From contig NC_042997.1 of assembly GCF_006345805.1 (NCBI RefSeq), positions 161,386,001 through 161,450,000 on the forward strand: a stretch of 64,000 nt of DNA, given 5' to 3'. This DNA is from Octopus sinensis. Lineage: Eukaryota. Under the pieces are notes generated by a model, which worked only from the letters and a program-made list of their open reading frames with translations, did not search any database and was not told the origin of the DNA. Made by a program: the position numbers and the translations under genes. Positions 53,123-64,000 of this stretch are shown piece after piece. Within the stretch, counting starts at the first letter, position 1, and every line of letters starts with the position of its first letter.

Positions 53123-53473
53123 CTGCAATATAGGTTGAACCAAACAGAAATTAAATTACATTGTATTGACATTTATTCAACACATAAATATCAGATATTA
53201 ATGGAGATATATTGATGCAATTCACATAATATACTGACAGAAAAAATGGTGTGAAGAGAAGTAAATATATAAAAACAAGAAAAAAAAAGCTAAACATTAT
53301 TCAAGTCTTGCTTCTCTATAATGTGCATTATAATGAGGTTAGTGTTGTTAATTTTAGGTTTAACTTATTTTCTGTTGATTATCTCATATCACATTGTTAA
53401 TTATAGATTTCCAAAGGATTATTTTTTTCTGTTTTCTTACACAATTTACTGTCAAAATACATATGTGCATTTA

Positions 53474-53538
<65 letters not shown>

Positions 53539-53656
53539 CATACTCGCAATTGTGCATTTATGTATGTGTATATATATATATATATATATGTATAAAACTG
53601 CATACCTATAGACACATGTACATACACATATATAAACGTGTTTGTGTGTGTATGTA

Positions 53657-53699
<43 letters not shown>

Positions 53700-54007
53700 C
53701 ATATACGTATTTTAATTGAAACCATGTTATTGTTTTGGAACCCTTAAATGGTTGAGGATCTTTTGTGATTTCAGTTCTAGTTGAATAAATGCTGATTTCT
53801 GTCAGCATGGAACCATGGGTTCCAGGAAGCTGGCTTTGCATTAAGAAACATTGTTTATTCACTTACCCTTTACTGAGAACTCATTGCTGCAGTTCATTAC
53901 TAACATGTGTGTGTGTGTGTGTGTGTGTGCACGTGCACGTGTACTTGAACATATGTGTGTTTGAATTTTGCAAACATTAAGTAACTAAATTTCAACAGTT
54001 GACTTAC

Positions 54008-54322
54008 CATTCGTTGCTGCCCTGTGTAAAGTAACAGGCAATGAAGCATCTCCTGCTCCAAATTCATTATGACATCGTACTCGAAAAGAATAATTCTGGT
54101 CTGGCAGGAGCTGACCAACTTGATTCCTTGTAGTAAGCAAATTGGAAATAAGGGTGACCCATTCTGACGAAGGAGGCGTTTTCATTTCTATGCTGTAACT
54201 AATTGGCTTTGTCATAGCAATTTCTGTAGTTGTTGGCACTGATGCTGGTTTCCACACTAACCATGCAACATCAGAGCCATCATCTGTTAACTCAGGTGGA
54301 TCAATAGGCATTCGAGGAGTAA
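54008..54322 (-). CDS. FN3 exon, copy A (TPRMPIDPPELTDDGSDVAWLVWKPA...YSFRVRCHNEFGAGDASLPVTLHRAATN)
   Basis: ttgcag/gtaagt, 315 nt, phase 1-1; FN3 motifs LVWKP, YSIE, W, YSFRVRCHNEFG. Confidence 0.9.
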
Positions 54323-54673
54323 CTGCAATATAGGTTGAACCAAACAGAAATTAAATTACATTGTATTGACATTTATTCAACACATAAATATCAGATATTA
54401 ATGGAGATATATTGATGCAATTCACATAATATACTGACAGAAAAAATGGTGTGAAGAGAAGTAAATATATAAAAACAAGAAAAAAAAAGCTAAACATTAT
54501 TCAAGTCTTGCTTCTCTATAATGTGCATTATAATGAGGTTAGTGTTGTTAATTTTAGGTTTAACTTATTTTCTGTTGATTATCTCATATCACATTGTTAA
54601 TTATAGATTTCCAAAGGATTATTTTTTTCTGTTTTCTTACACAATTTACTGTCAAAATACATATGTGCATTTA

Positions 54674-54711
<38 letters not shown>

Positions 54712-54849
54712 CACACACACACACACACACATACTCGCAATTGTGCATTTATGTATGTGTATATATATATATATATATATATGTATAAAACTGCATACCT
54801 ATAGACACATGTACATACACATATATAAACGTGTTTGTGTGTGTATGTA

Positions 54850-54891
<42 letters not shown>

Positions 54892-54946
54892 ACCACATGC
54901 CTACATACAGATATATACACACACTATACATCAATGTATATACAAA

Positions 54947-54994
<48 letters not shown>

Positions 54995-55269
54995 CATGTG
55001 CATGTGTACATATGTATGAATGTGCATGTGCATGTACAGTAAGCTTCTGCACAGAGTCTGTCAACCAAATTCCTATCACAAAGCATTAGTCAACTCAAGG
55101 CTATGACAGAAGATTTACAGTAGGATTAAACCCCGAACTAAATCCATGCAAACCAAACTTCTAGAGAACCATGCCATCTTAACACCCATACCTTCATTTT
55201 CACAGAATATTATTGGTAAAGTTGCTAGAATATTATAAGTTCTTGAAAAAAAAACTATATATGTATATA

Positions 55270-55656
55270 GGGGCAGGAGTGGGTGTGGTAAGTAGATTGC
55301 TTACCAACCACATGGTTCCAGGTTCCATACCACTGCATGGTACCCTGGGCATGTGCCTTCTTCTATATCCTTGGGCCGACCAAAGCCTTGTGAGTGGATT
55401 TGGTAGACAGAAACTGAAAGAAGCCTGTCGTATATATGTATATATATATATGTATGTCTGTGTATATGTTTGTGTGTCTGTGTTTGTCCCCCCAGCATCA
55501 CTTGACAACCGATGGTGGTGTGTTTACGTCCCCCGTAACTTAGTGATTTGGCAAAAGAGACCGATGGAATAAGTACTAGGCTAACAAAGAATAAGTCCTG
55601 GGGTCATTTTGTTTGACTAAAGGTGGTGCTCCAGCATAGCCACAAGTAAAAGAGTA
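55270..55656 (+). mobile_element. SINE family A
   Basis: Full-length homology to 40225..40594. Confidence 0.88.
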
Positions 55657-55785
55657 TAAGAATATATCTGGACATCACACATCATATACAGACTGTTCTA
55701 GGAAACAACTCATCAACATTGTATTAACTGTTTCAATATATTTTTTATTTTGTGTTTTTTCATATTCTATATCTTTTTCGTGTAT

Positions 55786-56233
55786 GAAGGAGCATTACTT
55801 AGTGGTTAGAGTATTCAGCTCATGATCATATGGTCATGAATTCGATTCCCAGTGGCATGTTGTGTTCTTGAGCAAGACTCTTTATTTCACATTGCTCCCG
55901 TCCACTCAGCTGGCAAAAATGAGTAGTACCTGTATTTCAAGGGGCTGGCCTTGTCACACTCTGCATCACATTGAATCTCCCTAAGAAGTATGTGAAGAGG
56001 TACTCTTCGATCTTCTGTGATGTGATCTTTGCAGTGTGGGGTCGTGCATTAACCTGATGAAACATCACTCCTCTTTGATTCACTAAAGTTTGTCTTTTTT
56101 TCTTCAAAGCTTGGTTCAAACACTCTAATTGCAGGTGAAAAGTGCTCAGCCACTTACACGTTAATCTCACAAGCAAGCTATTCTGTTGATCGGATCAACA
56201 GGAACCCTCGTCATCCTAAGCAATGGAGTGCAA
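55786..56233 (+). mobile_element. tRNA-derived SINE, family D, carrying a mariner patch
   Basis: Box A TAGTGGTTAG and box B GAATTCGATTCCC; core TCCACTCAGCTGGCAAAAATGAGTA; possible GTGTAT TSD. Confidence 0.8.
56003..56137 (-). mobile_element. 135-bp internal fragment of mariner family 1, embedded in a SINE
   Basis: Aligns to 63788..63920 with some mismatches; no TIR. Confidence 0.85.
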
Positions 56234-56766
56234 GTGTATATTGTGTTTGTGTTTTTGTCATCGATTTCTGATGGAACATGTAATGGTTCACTTGAGCTTG
56301 TCCCCTTGCCTATGTTATGGAGCTTAATCAAATTACTCATAATATGTTTATTGCCGGTTTTCCCTGAGATGATTTAAGGCCAATACTACTGGTTAATGAA
56401 ACATTTATCAATTATACAGTATTCTTGCCACTTATAGCAATTGTTTTTGACTACTAGTAATTGGCAGTGACACCATTTTTGCTAAAGTTTCTTGTCAAAA
56501 TTTTGCTTTCAAATTGGTATCATGTTCAATTATTTTTTTCGTTTTGCAAAAGCTAAGAACAACTAAAAGCAGATATAGCAGATATGATACAGAAGAAGAT
56601 TTCATTACCATATATTTTCCAATAAATGATGGCATCATAAACTCAACCTATCTTACTTTCTCTCTCTCCTTCTCCTTCTCTCTCCCCTCCTTTCTCTCTA
56701 TCAACCCTTCTTTCTCTTTCCCTCTGTCTTTGTCTCCTTCTTACTCTCCCTCTCCCTCTCTCTCTG

Positions 56767-56833
<67 letters not shown>

Positions 56834-56917
56834 CTCTCTATTTCCCTCTCTTCTCTCTAAATATCTCTCTAAATCTCTCTCTTTTTCTCTCTCTCTCTTT
56901 TTCTCTTTCTCTGTTTA

Positions 56918-56963
<46 letters not shown>

Positions 56964-59733
56964 TCTCTTCATTAGGATTAAAATATCAGTGATTTAAAAA
57001 ACTAATTCAGCTAAATGTTACTTAACTATTAGTACTTTTAAATATATTCTGTTTAATTTCCCCAAAAGAAATCTATTCAAATATAATGTCATTCACAATT
57101 GTTCGATGAAATACCAGCTTGAAAGCTAGAAAGAATGATTCCAAAAAAGCTAAGGAAGTTATGCTATGTCTACAAAATAATAAGTATAAACAAACCAGAA
57201 TTCATAAACATTATAGATATAGATTATATCAAGATATATTTGCAATAAAGCTCAGTATATATTATTCTTTATTCTGTTCTTCAATAGCATTACATCTTCG
57301 ATAGTTTATTATTTTCCTCTTACATTTTGATTCCATGGTTTCTGAAATATTGCCAAATAAAAAGCAATTTTGCTCCATTTCTTCTTTCCTTGAATAATAA
57401 TATAGAACCAAAGATAAACAAGTATTCCTAATATACGTATGGAACTAGCGTTGAACAAAGTATTGTCATGTCTTTTCTAGCATATTCTGTTTTTATTATG
57501 TGAGTTTGTATGTTTGGCATATTCTAGTTTAGATTATGATATAAAACACCATAAAACATCATAAAACACAATCGCTACACAAGAAAATGTTAATGCAATT
57601 CACCCTTTAAACATGAACAACACTCAGCTAGAACTTTTGCAGTTATTCCAAATGCTGGGCTAGTCATCACTGAGGGACATTCCCAATGTAAGCACACATT
57701 CTATATAGAAAATTCAGCATCTCAAAGACTGGCTTTTTTTTCTTCTAAGTCAGAAAATACATCAGTATTTATTTGCCACTAACCTTCTAGAAAACAGGTG
57801 AGACCCACAATGGAACAATACTCGCACATTTAGATGGAACTGCTATCATACACACACACATACACATACACACACACACACATACACACACACAAACACA
57901 CACAAACACACACACACACAAACACACACAAACACACACACACACGTGCATGTGTGTGAGTTTGCACAAACACGCAAACATATGCAAAAGAAAGGTCACT
58001 TGATTAAAAAGGAAGTTATTTACAAATGCATTCCAGTCCTACAGGTTTCCAGTCTCCTCTCTCTGCCTTCTTTTCTACTGCCACCACTCTACTACTCCCA
58101 CCCCTAGCTTCTCAGTGCAGGCTAGTCTCTTGGCATTGTCATTCGGGCACTTCTGACTTATCTCTCTACTTCTTGTCATCTTTATTATTGCCCAGCACAT
58201 CAGCACACTGAGCAGACGATAACTAAAATAGCCTTCTATTTGTGACCACCTCGCCTGTTTTGTTTCTTCTTTTTTTCTTTTCATTTATCATGACATTATT
58301 CAATGGTTCTTTTTTTTGTAAACAGAAAAGCATTGTTAACTGAGGGAATTTGAGAGCTATTTCTTACAGGTTGAGCATCTGCAGAGAAGCTTCCTCACAG
58401 TGCTATAAAACTGTAAGGTTTAATTCCTTTCCAGTACTAACTTTAATATGAAAAACATCCATCAAAATATTGAATGAATATTGAAAAAGAATCTGTTTCC
58501 AGCAGACTTGGCACCATTTAAAATGGAATACTAATTTCATAATGAGCACTATTTAATTTTTGAGCACATTCAAAGCATATGTATCCTCACAACTTGTGTT
58601 TGAAGTGTTTGAAGTATTTGAGTATTTGTAATATCAGCAGAAACACACACACACATAATTATATCTCCTATTGAAAGTATTTGTTAATATACAATTTTAA
58701 TAAAAACAAAAAAATTAATTCATTCAAACCCATTTAAGTAGTGTTATTTAATTTTGAGCATAAATCTACTTAAAGAAATTTTTCTTAATATTGTTTCTCA
58801 ATTAGTGATTTTATAACTTTAAAAAATGTTCTCTGATCCTTTATGATAGTTTTTAACATATATACCCATATAATTATTACTTTGATATTAATTCTTATTC
58901 TGACCATCAACATGTAGATTATTGCCTTAAAGATACTCCCAGAAAGAGCCAATTTTTTTTCGGATACATATACCTACCTTGAAGAAAAAATGATTTTAGC
59001 TACAATAATCACAGTGTATGTTTAATAGCTTCTTTTTAGAAGGTATATATTAGCATGGGCTGGATATTTTTGTCAGTTAAGTATTTACTGCATATGGATT
59101 GTTTGAACATATGTTGGATATCCTTCTTAATTTCTGCTATTGTTTCTTAATCATACTCATTCTTCTTCTGAAAGATGTGACATGTATATTTCAGTTCAAT
59201 TAACTGAAATAATCTATGACTATAGACTCAATATAGAGGATAAATTCTGAAGATAATCTGTTATTTTAATCTCACAGATTCTAATTATTTGACTTGATTA
59301 CATATCCTTATATTTTCTTACATGAAATTAGTGCTGGAAAGATAGGAACAAATTCTGATCATGAGATATTTCATACAAATAGATTTCTTCTTGGAACAAA
59401 ATCTCTAATAATAGCCAATATAAATATTAGTTGGTTGGTTGATTTCTCCATTGGCAAGAAGTGGGCATAGAGTAAATAATAGATATATAGAGTTATTAAA
59501 AGGGGAGCAAGATCAGTGGTTTTATATTGTAATAAATAATGCACATTTCTTTCTATGAAATTTTACCAAGATATGTTTTTTACTGGAGTGGATCTCTATT
59601 ATGTTGATAAAGTTTAGATTGTAGGTAAGCTATATTTCCTGATATTAACCACAATGACAAAAGTGTACTTCCAAAGTTATCCATATATGACAGGTAATAA
59701 TAATCTAGTTCAATATGAAATAATCAAACTTAC

Positions 59734-59994
59734 CTTTACAAGTGAGCATGTCATAGTATGGCCTGTTGATAGCTGATAGATCTTCTTCAAAATTAATTGT
59801 TGTATTGTTAATTGTGGCTTGAGCCTCAAACAGGCTATCAAGGCTTTCTTCTGAAGCAAGCATGGTTCTGTAGCCTGAATAACTTACTTCACTCGTTGTA
59901 CTTTCAGGTGTTTCTCTGCAAATCAACTCTCGTCTTCTCTTTATGCCTTCAATGCCAACTAGTGCACATAGTTCTTCAAGAGGTGTTGAGTGAA
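59734..59994 (-). CDS. Exon 1 in window: linker (HSTPLEELCALVGIEGIKRRRELICRETPES...RPYYDMLTCK)
   Basis: tttgatttgtag acceptor, gtaagt donor, 261 nt, phase 1-1, open; overlaps ORF 59705..59926. No domain motif, so support comes from splice signals and phase. Confidence 0.75.
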
Positions 59995-62360
59995 CTACAA
60001 ATCAAAAAATAAACATTATTTAAACAAACCAATCAATCAAAATTCAAAATCTAGGATGGTCGAAAATGCATAGCAAGAGATGCAACCTCATTCTTTCATC
60101 TTTTCCTATCCAGTCTAGCATTTTACATCATTTTCTTCCCTGTCCATTTTTCAATTATGCTGAATCACCACCATTTGTGGTCTTCTGTTCCTCTTTCACT
60201 TGTTTTTCCATATATGGCCACAATCACTGCACAACTTCACTTAGAGAAGGGTACCTTGTTGTGTTGTTATGTGACCAAACTATTATATTTTCCTCTTTTT
60301 GCCCATTGATTAACTAGATGTAGAGATTTGATAATTGGCTAAGTAAACTTGCTTTCAGAGTTAAGCAGAAGAAAGATTTGTGTGAGAAATATTTGAAATT
60401 TAAATTAGAATTTGACAATTAGTATTATCAAGTTAATGCTAATTATACAATACTAAATAAACAAATGAGACATAGTCCTCTGATTCACCTTGAAGGGCAA
60501 TAAATCTAATTAAAAACCAGGTAGGGCCATGATGAGTCATCTAAACAATATTAGCATAGAAAACAGATGTAAAATAACAATGACAGCAATGATAATGAGA
60601 AGTTATTAGTTTTATCTTTGAAAAGTTAGCATCAAAGTGTTATTGGTACGAACTCTAGGCTCTAGCCTGGATAAGAGCAAGAACATATAAGCTTTCCCAC
60701 TCCAACACTTTTCCTCATGGAAAACCAATTTATTACATCTTTGAAGTGTTTCTATTCACTAACTAACTTATCAACTCATGCCAGCTCTAGTTTCCCTGGA
60801 TCCTACTTTCCACCTCACATATACTATGATATGTCTCTTCAAAAGATCTCTATTGAAATTTTGTAACTTAGGTATATGACATTAACACTCCAGTGAAGGT
60901 GGCCTATTTTGGAAACGTCTCTTCTCTTCAAAACTAATCTAAAGAGAACAGAGAGTGTTCACAATTCATTAAAAGAACCTGTCAAAAGGTGATGAGGCAG
61001 CCAATACATCATCACTTGACTTGGATAGAGATAGCAGCAAAATCTTCATCAAAATCAAACTCCACCATATTTAATAAGAAGGACAAATTGGTTAATGTAA
61101 TTTTAGATATACTATATTTTAAAAGAAAGTACAAGAAATTCTCAGGTGATCACTGCTGGAATAGTTTTGGCAATAGGTTTACTCAATCAAGACTACCTAG
61201 GGCTAAATAACCATAGCAACCTAATGTTGGTGGCATAATAAACAACATGTCTTTTTTTTTAATGGTAATAAGCTGCTTAATAAAAAATACATCTTGGAGT
61301 TAACTCTGAAAATCCTTAGATTAAACAGCTAATTTAAGAAAACACAGATGACAGATGAGATATTTCCTACCTGCATCATTTTTCTAGCTATAGCACTGAC
61401 TATTTCCTTTTAGTGGTGGATTATGACATAAATTTATTAATAATTTACTTCCCTAGCTAAAACATGAGTACCAGAAACCCATTCCAACATCAATGTTATC
61501 CACTCAGACTTGACATGAGAAATAACTTAATGGTCAGTAGAAACTATATAAAAGTCATTGTATAAACTATGATAAATAATGAACTACACTGTAAATAGTG
61601 AATAAATCAATTGCTAAGATTTTCAAAATAAACTGACATCAGACTTCATAAACACCAGCTTGGGAATCAGAAAAGAAACAGATGCACTGGCAGGACTCAA
61701 ACCTTGTGTCAGTTGATTATTGGTCATGTCACCAATTACACTACAGAACACCTACCAGCCTCCCCATTCTCTCTATTCTCTTCTCTCTTAATTTCAGCAA
61801 TAATCTTAGGTTCTTTACTAAAAAAAATTAATCTAATTTTGTAGAATTCTTCTTTCAACTTCTTAATCTAGATGGGTTTGTAAGTAACATCTTTGCAGGT
61901 AAATTAGCCTAACATTCTGCCTGTATAATTAGTTATACTGATATGCTAGAGAACCACCCATCACTAATGTCCAACCCAATTTCTCATAAAGAAAATAACT
62001 GGGTGATCAACAGAAACTACATCATATACACTCTATAAACTATGATGCTTCCCACACACACACAAACATACATATGCACATGCTTGCATACTTACACACG
62101 CAACACACATGCACACACACATTCACACGATAGTAACAACAACGATAACAAATTATCTGTAGGACTCTCCTAAGCCCAGTCTTCACAATATCACAAGCCC
62201 ATATCACCAATGTAAGAAAGCTTGTCGGATCATTTAAACACAACAAAGTAATTAGTCATAGTTTCTTAAATATCATTCCATAAGCCACATATTGTTGACA
62301 GCTAGTAAGTGTTATAACAATTATTGAATGATAGACTTAACCTGTTACCCCATTAATACC

Positions 62361-62588
62361 TATTTCTTTACTGCCCACAAGGGGCTACACACAGAGGGGA
62401 CAAACAAGGACAGACAAACAGATTAAGTCGATTATATCGACTCCAGTGCGTAACTGGTACTTAATTTATCGACCCTGAAAGGATGAAAGGCAAAGTCGAC
62501 CTCAGCAGAATTTGAACTCACAACATAACGGCAGACGAAATACCGCTGAGCATTTCGCCCGGCATGCTAACAATTCTGCCAGCTCACT
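62361..62588 (-). mobile_element. tRNA-derived SINE, family C, with an 11-bp target-site duplication
   Basis: TSD CCATTAATACC at 62350..62360 and 62589..62599; core GCCTTTCATCCTTTCAGGGTCGATAAATTAAGTACCAG; decayed relatives near 2270, 8200, 11180, 27900 and 35630. Confidence 0.88.
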
Positions 62589-63466
62589 CCATTAATACCA
62601 CCAACTGCCCCATAGTTACTTTTAGTGGAGTTTTCTTCATTGAAAGTACTTAGATTAGATTCTCACTCTGAAGCTAGTTATGTTCTTTATGAATTATAGT
62701 TATCTTATTCATCTCCCCAATTCTCTATCAGTCTTGGACACCCTGCAAATGTCATGAGGAATGTCATTCCTCTGCTGATTGAACGATAGAAGAAGAAAAA
62801 GGAAAATCCTATTATTCTATTTGCCTCAGTCAATCTAGCTGTTTGATTTACTAAAAGCCACTGACAACACAATGTTATAACAGCATATATTAATGTGAAA
62901 TCAAACTAGCCAATCCAAAATAGCATAGTTTGATAGATACTTAAACAAAATTAATTGATGATGTGTAAGGACACCATATTTTGTTATGCAGCCATGATAT
63001 ACAACAAAGTATATCAAACATTTTTATAAGTCAATATTGTGTTCTGTTGTGTTAGCAGGGCTATTACATCACTAGTTAAGGTTATCTCTTCAGATTTTCT
63101 ATAGAGATTATAGGCAGCACTATAACGAAATTAGTACCAGCTATAATTTCTATGGAAAATCTATAAAGATAATCATAACAAGTGAAAAATTAATTGAATA
63201 CTATAATAAAGATTACTTGTGAGGGAACAGTTTACCAGATAAGTATTGTATCTTATAAAAGATTTATAAACATCAATATTTTTATTTGTTAGAATAAACT
63301 CTTTAATAAAATATCCTAAGTAAATCTTGTTTTACAAGATGTTCATGTATCATAAACAGAGATGAGTCCTTCTGACGTTCAGTGAAGGCCCTTTAAAGGT
63401 AACTGAAAGTTATATGTACCAACAAAACTTCTCTAAACATTTTCAGGTTATAGCTGGTGTTAATTA

Positions 63467-64000
63467 TCAGGTCATCCCATAAGTTCTGTCCGAATTTTGA
63501 ATAAAGAAAGCAAGTGATCAAATGTTATATTTAATTGAAATTTAATCATCAATGTACTTTCCCTGATTATTTATTACTTCCTTCCATCTATTTACAAGCT
63601 TTTTAATCCCATCAATGTAAAACTCTTTTGGTTTCAAAGCGAAGAACTCTGAAATGTCAGTTTCGACCTCCTCCTGGTTTGCGAAAGTTATGTCCCCCAA
63701 ATGATTCTGTAAACTACGAAACAAATGGTAGTCTGAAGAAGCAAGGTTGGGAAAATAAGGTGGATGAGGTATTTTTTCCCAACCAAGCTCTTCGATCTTC
63801 TGTGATGTGATCTTTGCAGTGTGAGGTTGCGCATTGTCCTGATGAAACATCACTCCTTTTCGATTCACTAAGCGGGTCTTTTTTCTTCAAAGCTTGGTTC
63901 AAACACTCTAATTGTAGGTGTAGACTTGAGCATTGATTGTTGCATTAGGTGGTAACAATTCAAAGTGAATTACTCCTTAGCAATCCCACCAGATAGAGTT
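63467..64000 (-). mobile_element. Mariner element, family 1, second copy (3' part; runs off the window)
   Basis: TA followed by the same TIR at 63467; ORF 63542..63868 has HQDNAQPH...PPYFPNLASSDYHLF with D34D spacing. Confidence 0.95.

Larger units (their letters stand above)
52474..54890. repeat. About 1.2-kb tandem duplication containing an FN3 exon
   Basis: Two near-identical units; the junction and both ends lie in (TA)nTTATA tracts. Confidence 0.95.
751..59994 (-). other. Multi-exon gene span, partial at both ends: giant Ig/FN3 muscle protein kinase of the titin/twitchin/obscurin(UNC-89) family; 17 exons traced
   Basis: The exons below have AG/GT boundaries with compatible phases and join into one 3747-nt open frame encoding FN3 repeats, two I-set Ig domains and a complete CAMK-group kinase. 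The exact orthologue cannot be assigned without a search. Confidence 0.9.

Noticed and set aside
55786-55860. tRNA-like sequence with box A/B (also the heads at 40225, 55270 and 46560..46620)
   Set aside because: These are SINE heads that continue into SINE bodies; no intact cloverleaf is evident.
60000-63460. Further upstream exons of the kinase gene
   Set aside because: No segment with convincing acceptor, donor and open phase-compatible frame was found; treated as intron, although small exons could have been missed.

Overview
AT-rich, microsatellite- and SINE-dense eukaryotic DNA. The repeat families look like those of an octopus or other coleoid cephalopod; this is recognition only, not a search result. 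The window is mostly the middle of one large minus-strand gene of the titin/twitchin/obscurin(UNC-89) giant muscle-kinase family. I trace 17 GT-AG exons from 59994 down to 751 (3747 nt, about 1249 aa, open throughout), and the gene is incomplete at both ends. The architecture is linker-FN3(x2, tandemly duplicated)-linker-FN3-linker-FN3-linker-Ig-Ig-CAMK/MLCK-type kinase-acidic tail. One kinase intron (7135-9837) has full U12 minor-spliceosome signals. Intron 33103-37870 carries, on the opposite strand, two intact Discs-large (DLG) guanylate-kinase exons and an unidentified coding-like ORF, and I found no other DLG exons in the window. The introns also hold two mariner families, a TAA-targeting R4/Dong-type retrotransposon, RTE and hAT remnants, TTAA-flanked MITEs and many tRNA-derived SINEs. 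Several near-perfect local duplications and patches are either recent templated rearrangements or assembly artefacts.
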